Positions 7,369-16,200 are shown, counted from the first letter of the stretch. The stretch: 64,000 nt of DNA from Bacteroidales bacterium (GCA_017430365.1 JAFRNC010000009.1:161804-225803); one strand, 5' to 3'. Program-made: numbers and translations. The notes: generated by a model from the letters alone, not told the origin.

Positions 7369-8874
7369 CTACACCAGGTGAAGGGTGCCGAAACCATAGA
7401 GGAAGACATAGCCCAGGACTATGCTGATGACGCCGACTATCAGGCCGATCTTGGCCATGTCCTTCTGCTGGACGAGATTCGTGGCGAAGGCCAGGGCGTT
7501 CGGCGGAGTGGATATGGGCAGCACCATCGCACTGCTGGAGGCTATGGCTACGCCGATCAGTACGATGGCGGTGCCGCCGATGGGAGCAATCTTGTCACCC
7601 ATCGCGGTGCATACGACAGCCAGTATCGGCATAAGAAGTGCTGCTGTCGCCGAATTCGAAATGAAGTTCGACAGAGCGTAGCAGATCAGTCCGGAAAGGA
7701 TCAGGATCAGCAGCGGTGAGAACGAATCGAAAGGAATGCTCCTGACCAGCAGCGAGGCGAGCCCCGAGACGTTCATCGCATAACCCAGTGCGAAGCCGCC
7801 TGCCACCATCCAGATGACGGACCAGTTGATTTCCTCTAGGTCGCGCCGGTCTATCACGCCGGTCGTGCAGAAGACAGCCAGAGGAAGCAGGGCTACCGTA
7901 TAGGTATTGATGCCCGTGAACGAGTCGAGGAGCCAGAGCAGTACGGTGACAATGAAGGTCACGATGACGATCTTGGTTTTGCGGTCGCGTTTCATCTCGC
8001 CTTCGATGACCAGGTCGACGGTCTTCTGCGTGAACGGGAAAATCTTCTTGATCAGCAGCCAGCTGATGAACAGCAGCAGTATGACCAGCGGCACCATCAT
8101 CAGCATCCACTGGCCGAAACCGATGTTGAGATTCAGTCCTTCGGGATCGTTCAGGTATTTGAGGGCGATCGTGTTGGGCGGCGTGCCGATAGGGGTGCCG
8201 ATGCCGCCCAGGTTGGCTGCAACCGGGATGCTGAGGGCCATTGCGATGCGGCCCTTGCCATTGGCGGGCAGCTGTTTGAAAACCGGGGCCAGGAATGTCA
8301 GCATCATTGCCGCCGTGGCGGTGTTGCTGATGAACATCGAAAAGAGGCCGGTAATGAGCAGGAATCCCAGAAGCACCATCTCGCTCTTGTTCCCGAAGGG
8401 CTTGAGCAGGATCTTGGCCAGATGGACATCCAGCCCGGTCTTGGTGGCTGCGATGGCCAGCACGAAACCGCCGAGGAAGAGCATTATCACCGGATCGGCG
8501 AAGCAGGCCATGATACCTTTGTAGCTCAGAAGGGTGCCGACCTGGTCCGGATCACAGATCCATTTGATGCCGGAATCCGAAGCGAAGAACAGGAGCATGG
8601 CCATGATCGCGATGGAAGTGGCCCAGGCAGGGACCGGTTCCATGATCCACATGAGCGTCGCGAAGGCGAAGACAGCTATGATGCGCTGCTGGACCACCGT
8701 CAGGCCGTCGATTCCGAAGGCGCTGGCTGGAATCAGGAACAGCGTAATCGTGACGGCCGCGATGATCAGCAGGCTGGCGGTCCTTCGTTTGATCCGGCCG
8801 GCCTGGTGCTTCAACTCCATTCCCATCTGGTAGATGGACTCTACCAGATGGAAACCTGGGAAATTCTTATACAT
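7369..8874 (-). CDS. DASS/SLC13-family anion (di/tricarboxylate or sulfate type) transporter
   Basis: 501 aa polytopic membrane protein. It carries the duplicated DASS signature FISNTATAAMMLTFLAPV and FISNSATAALLMPILAVV. The start is 6 nt after the CbiK-like lipoprotein gene stop, so it belongs to the same operon. Confidence 0.8.
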   Translation of the reverse strand: MYKNFPGFHLVESIYQMGMELKHQAGRIKRRTASLLIIAAVTITLFLIPASAFGIDGLTVVQQRIIAVFAFATLMWIMEPVPAWATSIAIMAMLLFFASDSGIKWICDPDQVGTLLSYKGIMACFADPVIMLFLGGFVLAIAATKTGLDVHLAKILLKPFGNKSEMVLLGFLLITGLFSMFISNTATAAMMLTFLAPVFKQLPANGKGRIAMALSIPVAANLGGIGTPIGTPPNTIALKYLNDPEGLNLNIGFGQWMLMMVPLVILLLFISWLLIKKIFPFTQKTVDLVIEGEMKRDRKTKIVIVTFIVTVLLWLLDSFTGINTYTVALLPLAVFCTTGVIDRRDLEEINWSVIWMVAGGFALGYAMNVSGLASLLVRSIPFDSFSPLLILILSGLICYALSNFISNSATAALLMPILAVVCTAMGDKIAPIGGTAIVLIGVAIASSSAMVLPISTPPNALAFATNLVQQKDMAKIGLIVGVISIVLGYVFLYGFGTLHLV

Positions 8875-8880
8875 GGAAGA

Positions 8881-10020
8881 CTATTCCGGATTCTTGGAGT
8901 GATAGTAGTCGAGAGGCTCGCCGGCGATTGCGTCCTGGGTGTGATTCATCCAGATCTGGCGAACGGTAGGCAGTTCGAGCAGGCCTTTCTCGATCATGGT
9001 CGAGTTGTTGCAGGTGAAGCCGGAACCGTTTGCACCGAAGAAGACTTTCCAACTGCAGTCCTCTACTTCGCCTTCTTCATTGGCTTCGGCCATGAGGTCT
9101 GCGAAAGTGTAGCTCTTGCCTTCGAATTTCTCGGGCAGGTCGTCGCCGGCCATGTCGTTGTGGCCGTGGTCGCCGTCGATGGACATCAGCGGGTGCAGAT
9201 AGACTTTGCGGTTGCCGGTATTCAGGCCGGCCTCCGCCATGCGCTCATAGACATGGGGTTTGAAATTCTCCATCATGTCCACGGTTCCTACGAAGTAGTG
9301 GGGGTTGATTGCCTGCAGTGCTTCTTCAAGCTGGGAGTAGCGGACGTTGGCCTTGTATGTATCGTAGGAGTCGGGGTTGCCGTGGCCCATGAATGCGACG
9401 ATGTCGTTGGCCGCCTGGCTCTTGTAGAGATTGTCGAGGGCCCTGGCTACTGCAGAAACGTCCTTGTCCTCATCCTGGAGGAGTGGAACGCCGAGTTTCA
9501 GGACAACCCTGGACAGGTAGTCGTCATCGAGGTCGCCGTTGGCGTTGTTGGCGAAGTCCTTGATGTAGTTGATCACGCGGGTGTACTCCTCACCGGGGAT
9601 TACCTGCAGCGACTGGACAACGATTTCGCTGTACCTGACGTTTTTCTGGGCGAAAGCGGTGAGCCAGAACGGCGGGGCGTAATAGTTGCGGATTTCGGCG
9701 CCGTCGGCGGCGTTTTCACCGGCGGCCGCACGGTTGATGCAGATTGCAGAGGAGAAGGAGAGGAAGACGTCGTAGCCGGGGAATGCTTTTTTGTAGGCAT
9801 CCACGGTTGCGTCGAATGCGTTGAAGGCCTGCTGCCAGGTCGAACCGAAGGCGACCAGCAGGATAACCTTGTTGTTCTTCTTCTGCTTGTTAACCGTCTC
9901 GTTGACGGCTTTCTGGTAAGCGTTGTAGTTGTACTCCTCGTTTTCTTTCGGGTTGCAGGAAGACAATCCGAAGACGAGTCCTACCATGAGGGCAAGCGCT
10001 AAAATTTTAGTTTTCTTCAT
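8881..10020 (-). CDS. CbiK-fold lipoprotein (IhtB-like), probably surface exposed
   Basis: 379 aa. Lipobox LVFGLSSC followed by the acid-rich stretch NPKENEEYNYN. CbiK motifs LLVAFGSTW, AFMGHGNPDSYD and LHPLMSIDGDHGHNDMAGDD. It overlaps the upstream TBDT gene by 14 nt. Confidence 0.75.
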   Translation of the reverse strand: MKKTKILALALMVGLVFGLSSCNPKENEEYNYNAYQKAVNETVNKQKKNNKVILLVAFGSTWQQAFNAFDATVDAYKKAFPGYDVFLSFSSAICINRAAAGENAADGAEIRNYYAPPFWLTAFAQKNVRYSEIVVQSLQVIPGEEYTRVINYIKDFANNANGDLDDDYLSRVVLKLGVPLLQDEDKDVSAVARALDNLYKSQAANDIVAFMGHGNPDSYDTYKANVRYSQLEEALQAINPHYFVGTVDMMENFKPHVYERMAEAGLNTGNRKVYLHPLMSIDGDHGHNDMAGDDLPEKFEGKSYTFADLMAEANEEGEVEDCSWKVFFGANGSGFTCNNSTMIEKGLLELPTVRQIWMNHTQDAIAGEPLDYYHSKNPE

Positions 10021-12163
10021 ATTGTTTTGAATTGTAGTTGTTGTTTATGGTGGAATTGAATTTGTCGCTGACTTTCCTGCCCTGGTTGAACCGTACGGTG
10101 ACTCCGATGTATACGGTCGTTCCGGGCGTGGTCGTACCCAGGTGCAGGCCGTGGAGCGTACGGTCCACATAGTTGAAGATGTTGTCCACACCGGCTTCGA
10201 CCTTCCACGCGGTACGTTTGGAATGTCCCAGGTCATGACCTGTGGAGATGCGCCATATCTGGTAGCCCTTGCCGTCGCCGTCGATCTGATAGTGGCGTCT
10301 GGAGGACATACGGCCGTAAAGGCCCGCACTCAGCCGGTAGTCCGGTGAGAACCGGTGATTCCATGTGATGAAACAGTTGCCCTTGTGGTGCGCCGTACCG
10401 TCGATTGTCACCTGGCGCATCCTGTCGTGGTCTGCGTCGTACTGGTTGGCGTCCGTATCGAGCCAGCTGTACCCCAGGCCGAAAGCCCATTCCCTGAGGC
10501 TGTATCTGGCGCTGAAATCCACGCCAAGCGTCCTGGCGTCATCCACGTTCTGATACTGCCGGGTCCGTACGGGGTCGTACTGGATGATGTACTCTGCAGG
10601 CGCTTCGTAGTTCGGGATAGTCACAAGTGTGATCATGTCCTTGACACGGTTATAGTAGCCCGTGACGTTGATGCTCAGTCCGGAGAGTGTGTATTCCCCT
10701 CCCAGCGAGAAATAATCGCTGGTCTGCGGACGCAGGCCGAGGTTGCCGAGATAGAGATACGTGCCGCTCATCTGTTTGACGTAGCGGTAGTGCAGTTCCT
10801 TGGGGGTAGGGGTCTTGAAGCCCTGGCTCCAGGTGGCGCGTATGCGCCAGGGCAGGCCCAGTGCAAGCATCGCGGAGACTTTCGGGGTGACCTTGATCCC
10901 GAACTGGCCGTTCCAGGTCAGGCGCGCACCGCCGGCCAGCTGGAGCCGGTTACGACCGAAATCGTGCTGCCATTCGTCCTGGACGTAAAATGCGGCGGTC
11001 CAGTCGCTGACCGTTCCGCCGACCACACGGGTAGGGGCATACAGCCAGTCGTAGCGGTATTCGGCGCCGGTGTTCAGCAGATTGTCGGCGGGCAGCCTGA
11101 AGATGCCTTTCAAACTGGCCATGGCCCTGCGCTGGTCGCTCTGCATTTCGGTCTGGCCGGGCAGATATGGATAGTAGGGATAATAGATCGTCCCCTTGCT
11201 CTTCTCGTAATCTTCGACCAGGGTGGTGGCCGTAAAATAATACATATACGCATGCCGGTTCCAGTCCAGGTCGAGCGTCACCACGTCTGTGGCGTTGGGC
11301 TTCCATTTGGCTCCGGCAGATGCCGAGGCGTTGCGGTACTGCAGGTCGTAGGTGTGTACGTCGAACTGGGCGTATTTTCCGTTGGGACGGTAGATCCGCT
11401 TGCCGTAAATGGTACCGCCCGCATAGAGTTCCAGTTTGTCGGAAGCCGTGAAGGTCAGCTGTTCGCCCACCTGGGCGTTGGTGTGCCGGTTCACGGTCTT
11501 GTTCTGCGAGTCCATGACGGGAGCCTGGGTGCCCGTGGTATGTTCTACGGATGTATTCTGCCAGCCGTCTGAATGCTGGAGCTGGAAGTTGGTGAGTGAA
11601 CTGAGCCGGCCGTATTTCAACCCTACGGCGTTATGCTGGCGCAGGTCGTTGTAGGAGCCGTAGCGGGAGCTGTTTTCCAGCAGCAGGCCCTCTTCGTGGT
11701 GTTTCCTGGTTATGATGTTGATCACGCCGGCGATGGCGTCGCTGCCATAAAGGGCGGATGAGGCTCCTTTTACGATCTCTATCTTTTCTATGTTCTGTGG
11801 ATCTATGAGCGACAGATCGTTCTCGCCGCCCACGTCGCCGTGGATGCGCTTGCCGTCGATCAGGATAAGTATATAACTGTTGCCCAGTCCGCCGAGTTGC
11901 ATGTGCGATCCCATGTCGTCTTCGTTGAATGCGAAGGCGGAGGTAAGGCCGCCCAGGATGTCCTCCAGGGAACGCCCGGCGTAATTGTTCAGCATCTGCC
12001 GGGTTATGACTTCAGTCTGGACGGGAACGTCTTTCAGAAGATGCGTCGTGCCGGTGGCCGTGACGACGGTCTCCGGAATCGTGTCCTGCAGATACGATTG
12101 CGCTGACATGGTTACGGCTAGGCACATGGCCCAACCGATGAGCAATAACTCCCTTATCTTCAT
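10007..12163 (-). CDS. TonB-dependent receptor, BtuB-like
   Basis: 718 aa. Signal peptide present. TonB-box-like PETVVTATG. Plug motifs IEKIEIVKGASSALYGSDAIAGVINIITRK. It is the first gene after cobalamin riboswitch 2. Confidence 0.85.
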   Translation of the reverse strand: MKIRELLLIGWAMCLAVTMSAQSYLQDTIPETVVTATGTTHLLKDVPVQTEVITRQMLNNYAGRSLEDILGGLTSAFAFNEDDMGSHMQLGGLGNSYILILIDGKRIHGDVGGENDLSLIDPQNIEKIEIVKGASSALYGSDAIAGVINIITRKHHEEGLLLENSSRYGSYNDLRQHNAVGLKYGRLSSLTNFQLQHSDGWQNTSVEHTTGTQAPVMDSQNKTVNRHTNAQVGEQLTFTASDKLELYAGGTIYGKRIYRPNGKYAQFDVHTYDLQYRNASASAGAKWKPNATDVVTLDLDWNRHAYMYYFTATTLVEDYEKSKGTIYYPYYPYLPGQTEMQSDQRRAMASLKGIFRLPADNLLNTGAEYRYDWLYAPTRVVGGTVSDWTAAFYVQDEWQHDFGRNRLQLAGGARLTWNGQFGIKVTPKVSAMLALGLPWRIRATWSQGFKTPTPKELHYRYVKQMSGTYLYLGNLGLRPQTSDYFSLGGEYTLSGLSINVTGYYNRVKDMITLVTIPNYEAPAEYIIQYDPVRTRQYQNVDDARTLGVDFSARYSLREWAFGLGYSWLDTDANQYDADHDRMRQVTIDGTAHHKGNCFITWNHRFSPDYRLSAGLYGRMSSRRHYQIDGDGKGYQIWRISTGHDLGHSKRTAWKVEAGVDNIFNYVDRTLHGLHLGTTTPGTTVYIGVTVRFNQGRKVSDKFNSTINNNYNSKQYEEN

Positions 12164-12204
12164 TTTCAGCTCCCGCTTTTTCCTGAGCGGGCGAACTCCA
12201 AATC

Positions 12205-12395
12205 CGGTTCTGGCAGGTCTTCTGACTTTCCCCGGTCCGCTCCGCCTTCCCGGGCATCAGCTTCGTTCCGGCCCGGCAGACGGGGGATGGCGAAGCGCCC
12301 AGTGGCGTTTTGGAAGCGGACCCTTTACGGGGATTACAGCTGCAGGTACAGTCCCGGTCTTTCACCGGATTCCCTTGCACCGGAGCGGCCAAATG
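12205..12395 (-). promoter_or_regulatory. Cobalamin (B12) riboswitch, 5' leader of the TBDT / CbiK-lipoprotein / DASS operon
   Basis: The reverse complement reads GGGAATCCGGTGAAAGACCGGGACTGTACCTGCAGCTGT ... GCCACTGGGCG ... GGGAAGGCG ... B12 box AGTCAGAAGACCTGCC (plus-strand 12212-12227). Confidence 0.85.
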
Positions 12396-12418
12396 CCGCC
12401 CGGTTACCAAAACCGATG

Positions 12419-12426
12419 CAAATATA
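12419..12426 (-). promoter_or_regulatory. -7 promoter box (TATATTTG) for the riboswitch-2 operon
   Basis: Matches TAnnTTTG on the minus strand, about 25 nt upstream of the riboswitch. Confidence 0.5.
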
Positions 12427-12446
12427 GCAATTAATCGGAAATTGTT

Positions 12447-12454
12447 TATCTTTG
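12447..12454 (+). promoter_or_regulatory. -7 promoter box (TATCTTTG) for the riboswitch-3 operon
   Basis: Matches TAnnTTTG on the plus strand, about 30 nt upstream of the riboswitch. It sits back to back with the minus-strand box. Confidence 0.5.
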
Positions 12455-12484
12455 CCGCCGGTTTCGGTGTCCACCGCCACCTGC

Positions 12485-12632
12485 CGGGGCGGGGAAGAAT
12501 AGGGAATCCGGTGAGAATCCGGAGCAGACACCGCTGCTGTCAGTCCTGCTAAACGCCTTGACAATCAATGGTCACTGTCCTTCAGGGGGCGGGAAGACGT
12601 CAGGGATGGGACAAGCCAGAAGACCTGCCGTA
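12485..12632 (+). promoter_or_regulatory. Cobalamin (B12) riboswitch, 5' leader of the TBDT / lipoprotein / cbiA / ABC importer operon
   Basis: Reads AATAGGGAATCCGGTGAGAATCCGGAGCAGACACCGCTGCTGT ... GTCACTG ... GGGAAGACG ... B12 box AGCCAGAAGACCTGCC (12614-12629). Confidence 0.85.
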
Positions 12633-12680
12633 ACCTTGATAGGAATGAAGCTTTCGGGTAATAAAAGCTTGCCGGATCCG

Positions 12681-14837
12681 ATGAGTATCCGATATAGACT
12701 GCTGGTGTCACTGGTCCTTCTGGGGCTGTGCTTCCCTCTTTTCGGGCAGGATTCCCTGTCTGTCAAGGGGACGCTCGGCGATACGCTCGTCCTCAGCAAC
12801 GCTACCGTAACGGCCAAGAGCCGCGAACAGCAGTTGCGTGAAGGGGCTTTCGCCGTGGGGGCTCTGAACATCCGCCTTCAGGCCAGTACGTTGCAGTCGC
12901 TGACATCCGCGATCGACCGCACGGCCGGCATCCGCATCCGCGAGGAAGGCGGTGTGGGAAGCGACTTCGACCTTTCGATCAACGGCATGAGCGGCAATTC
13001 CATCCGCTACTTCCTGGACGGTATGCCCCTGGACGCCAAAGGGACCGGCATGACGCTGGCCAATCTTCCCGTGAACATCATCGACCGTGTCGAAATATAT
13101 AAAGGTGTCATTCCCGCAAGTTTCGGCAGCGACGCACTGGGAGGTGCCGTCAACATCATAACCAACCGCAGCAGCCGCAACTATCTGGACTTTTCCTACG
13201 GAATTGGTTCGTTCCATACCCACAAGGCCGATTTCAGCGCGCAGTACATAGGTAAGAAGACCGGACTGGTTTTCAAGCCCGTGCTGAGCGCGAACTATTC
13301 GAAGAACGACTACCTGATGCGGGACGTCAAGGTCCGCAATGCCGACAGGACCGCGTTCATAGTAACCGACCTGCCGCGTTTCCATGACGCCTACCTTTCG
13401 CTCTTCGGCCAGCTTGAGGCCGGGGTACAGGACCGCGGCTGGGCAGACGCCTTCTTCGTGTCCGCCTCGGTTTCGAAAATCGACAAGGAGATACAGACCG
13501 GTGCGACCCAGGACCGTGTCATCGGAATGGCGGAGCGCAACACCCAGTCGCTGAACGTCGCTGCCCGCTATGAAAAGGCGGATTTCCTGACGGAAGGGAT
13601 GCAGTTCCAGGCATCCGTCTCACACACCTGGGACCATTCCCAGACTATCGATACGACTTACCGCCGCTACTATTGGGACGGTACCTATATCAACGGCGGC
13701 TACAGTGAGATACGCAGCCGCGGCAAGACACTGAGGCAATACAGGCGTCCTCTGACCGTGGTCCGCTCCAATCTTGCCTACCGCCTGGCGGAAGGTCACG
13801 AACTGGCGTTGAACTATCTGCTGAACCGTGCAGGCAACAGGCAGACGGATACATGGGACAGCGATTTCGTTCCGACCGACGATGTCCTGGCAAAGCACAT
13901 AGTCAGTCTTTCCTACGACCAGTCCCTCATGGACGGGCGTATGAACAACGCCCTGTTTGTCAAGGACTATGTCAATCACCTGACAGTCGGCCAGAGCGAA
14001 CTGCCTTCGACGACAGGGTCGGACAAGGTCAGAGGGTCTAATACCCAGAACTATGTGGGGTACGGCATAGGGTCCCGCTATCTCTTCCTGGATCCCCTGG
14101 CCGTCAAGGCTTCCTTAGAACACAGCATCAGGTTGCCGATATCACGCGAGGTGCTGGGCAACGGATCCACGGTCTATCCCAACCTGGCCCTCAAGCCAGA
14201 GATCAGCGACAATTTCAATCTGGGTCTCTTCGGTACCTTCGACCTGGGCGGCGGCCATTCCATATCATATGAGGCCAACGGGTTCATCAGGCTGGTGGAC
14301 AACTATATACGTGCTACTGTCACCGAGACTGAGAGCATGATGCAGTATGTCAACGTGGATGCCGTCCACATCAAGGGCGTGGACGGTGAGATCCGATACG
14401 ACTGGGCCGGGAAACTGCATGTGGCTGCGAATGTAAGCTACGACGACAGCCGCGATATGCGCAAGTACACGCAGTCTGGCGACATTTCTGTCACTTACCG
14501 CAACAGGACTCCGAACCGTCCGTGGACTTATTGCAATGCCGAGGTTTCCTATACCTTCCACAATGTCGGCCTCAGGGACAGCCGCCTCCGCCTGACGGCC
14601 GATTACCAGTACGTACACTGGTTCTATCTCACATGGGCGGCGTACGGCTCCGCCTCCACAAAATCCAAGGTGCCTACGCAGCATATCACCAACGCTTCAT
14701 TGCTCTATTCGTGGCAGGGCGGGCGTTACAATGTTTCGCTCGAGTGCACGAACCTGCTCGACGCACTGGCTTTCGACAACTACATGCTTCAGAAGCCCGG
14801 CCGCGCCTTTTTCTTGAAATTCAGACTGTTCTTATAA
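12681..14837 (+). CDS. TonB-dependent receptor
   Basis: The track ORF starts at TTG 12558, inside the riboswitch. The ATG at 12681 gives a clean signal peptide, MSIRYRLLVSLVLLGLCFPLFGQ. Plug motif VEIYKGVIPASFGSDALGGAVNIITN. The C-terminus is FFLKFRLFL. Length 718 aa. Confidence 0.85.
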   Translation: MSIRYRLLVSLVLLGLCFPLFGQDSLSVKGTLGDTLVLSNATVTAKSREQQLREGAFAVGALNIRLQASTLQSLTSAIDRTAGIRIREEGGVGSDFDLSINGMSGNSIRYFLDGMPLDAKGTGMTLANLPVNIIDRVEIYKGVIPASFGSDALGGAVNIITNRSSRNYLDFSYGIGSFHTHKADFSAQYIGKKTGLVFKPVLSANYSKNDYLMRDVKVRNADRTAFIVTDLPRFHDAYLSLFGQLEAGVQDRGWADAFFVSASVSKIDKEIQTGATQDRVIGMAERNTQSLNVAARYEKADFLTEGMQFQASVSHTWDHSQTIDTTYRRYYWDGTYINGGYSEIRSRGKTLRQYRRPLTVVRSNLAYRLAEGHELALNYLLNRAGNRQTDTWDSDFVPTDDVLAKHIVSLSYDQSLMDGRMNNALFVKDYVNHLTVGQSELPSTTGSDKVRGSNTQNYVGYGIGSRYLFLDPLAVKASLEHSIRLPISREVLGNGSTVYPNLALKPEISDNFNLGLFGTFDLGGGHSISYEANGFIRLVDNYIRATVTETESMMQYVNVDAVHIKGVDGEIRYDWAGKLHVAANVSYDDSRDMRKYTQSGDISVTYRNRTPNRPWTYCNAEVSYTFHNVGLRDSRLRLTADYQYVHWFYLTWAAYGSASTKSKVPTQHITNASLLYSWQGGRYNVSLECTNLLDALAFDNYMLQKPGRAFFLKFRLFL

Positions 14838-14856
14838 ATAAAACCAAACAAGCGAT

Positions 14857-16179
14857 ATGAAAGAAATCAAAAAAATGCTCGTCCTGGCCATCACGCTGGT
14901 CACGATGATCACCATGGCCGTCAGCTGCCAGAAGCCCGTTCCGGAGCCTGAACCGGAGCCCGAGCCGGAAGTGCTGAAAGACTACAATTTCGACCTCTTC
15001 GTCTGCGCCGTAAAGCACGGCGGCATGAGCCAGAACAAGAACGGCACGTACGTTCGCAGCGTACCCGCACTGACCGCCGACCAGCCGCGTGTCGAATTCA
15101 CCGGCAAAGGCATCGACATTACTCAGAACTATACTCTCGAGAGCATTGTCCGCGGCAAGTATTATTATCAGGTGCCCCAGAAGGCCACCGGCGGCTTCGT
15201 GAAGTTCCATATCGAGCGCAACGCCGCCGGCGATGAGTCCATCGTCGAAGACGCGGAAGTCCCGTTCAAGGACAATGTGTATTCCGCACGCAAGTACACG
15301 CATGCCTGGCTCAACGACAGTACTACGCTCGTGGTCGTCGGCACCTCCGACAAGGCCACCAAGGTAATCTGGTCGAAACTCAACGAGTCGAACCTAGCCA
15401 TCCAGTCCGAAGGTACATTTGACATCACCCTGCCCGAGGGTTACGGCTCCTTCTCCACCACCGGTCTGCTGACCTATCGCAAGAGCGACGGCAAACTCTA
15501 TTATTTCTATTTCGCCAAACCGGCAGCCGGAATGAGCGATGCGGCAAAGTCCCAGACCTATATCGCCGTGATCGATCCTTCGACGATGAAGGTTGAGTCG
15601 AATACCGCCGTTCCCAACGCAGTTATGGAAGAGACAGCCGGCAGCGCCTACGGTGAACTGATGCAGAACATGATCATGTACGACGAGGCAGACAACCTGT
15701 ATGTGGCAGGCCTGATTACCGTCAGTGGCCAGGAAATGGGTATCCTGCGCCGCATCCCCGTGGGTTCCAGGACCTTCGACGCTTCCTGGAACGGTTTCCC
15801 GAATCCGGAAGGCAAGCTCCTGACCGTGCAGTATCTCGGCAACGGCAAAGTGCTGAGTTATTCCCGCGACGAGTCGCTCGGAACCAAGATCGACAGCAAG
15901 AGCCATTTCTACTCCATCATCAATCTGGCCAACTCGTCCCGCGAGCGCGTGAAGTTCAACGGACAGGACCTGCCTTATTGCGGCGGCCGCTTCTCGCAGC
16001 GCAGCGCCGTGGCCAACGGCAAGGCTTATATCGGTATCGGCGGTGAAGTTGAAGGCGAGGCCGAGGCCAACTATCCGACAATCTACATCTACGACTGCCG
16101 TACCGGCGTGGTGGAGAAGGGTGTGGAGCTCTCCAAGGGCTTCTGCTTCGACATCATCCGTGCAATGGACGTCAAGTAA
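14857..16179 (+). CDS. Lipoprotein with a (PE)5 linker, probable beta-propeller; TBDT accessory protein (BtuG/DUF4374-like role is an inference)
   Basis: 440 aa. Lipobox MAVSC followed by QKPVPEPEPEPEPEV. Strand motifs recur through the protein (GKYYYQV, GKLYYFYF, DNLYVAGL, GKAYIGIG, TIYIYD). The gene lies 19 nt after the TBDT gene. Confidence 0.55.
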   Translation: MKEIKKMLVLAITLVTMITMAVSCQKPVPEPEPEPEPEVLKDYNFDLFVCAVKHGGMSQNKNGTYVRSVPALTADQPRVEFTGKGIDITQNYTLESIVRGKYYYQVPQKATGGFVKFHIERNAAGDESIVEDAEVPFKDNVYSARKYTHAWLNDSTTLVVVGTSDKATKVIWSKLNESNLAIQSEGTFDITLPEGYGSFSTTGLLTYRKSDGKLYYFYFAKPAAGMSDAAKSQTYIAVIDPSTMKVESNTAVPNAVMEETAGSAYGELMQNMIMYDEADNLYVAGLITVSGQEMGILRRIPVGSRTFDASWNGFPNPEGKLLTVQYLGNGKVLSYSRDESLGTKIDSKSHFYSIINLANSSRERVKFNGQDLPYCGGRFSQRSAVANGKAYIGIGGEVEGEAEANYPTIYIYDCRTGVVEKGVELSKGFCFDIIRAMDVK

Positions 16180-16200
16180 GATTTGCTAACTTTGTGTCCG

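Noticed and set aside
8422-10002. 526-aa ORF on the + strand
   Set aside because: It is antisense to the CbiK-fold lipoprotein and DASS genes. Its composition is V/G/D/H/A-rich with no recognisable motif, whereas the opposite strand has a lipobox and CbiK His motifs. This is a typical shadow ORF of GC-rich DNA.
10355-11572. 405-aa ORF on the + strand. Similar long ORFs: 2313..3140(-), 20741..21748(-), 39302..40228(-), 40385..41314(-), 48172..49188(-), 49516..50577(-), 50703..51695(-), 53265..54359(+), 61947..62984(+), 31283..32023(-), 35878..36633(-).
   Set aside because: Each is antisense to a confidently recognised gene and none has family motifs. I treated them all as GC-driven shadow ORFs.
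12558-12680. N-terminal extension of the TonB receptor ORF (track start TTG 12558)
   Set aside because: The extension overlaps the riboswitch-3 core and B12 box. The ATG at 12681 yields a proper signal peptide.
14941-14970. Short tandem DNA repeat (CCGGAGCCTGAACCGGAGCCCGAGCCGGAA)
   Set aside because: It is coding, not a CRISPR or VNTR-type array. It encodes the (PE)5 linker after the lipoprotein Cys, and its codons are varied.
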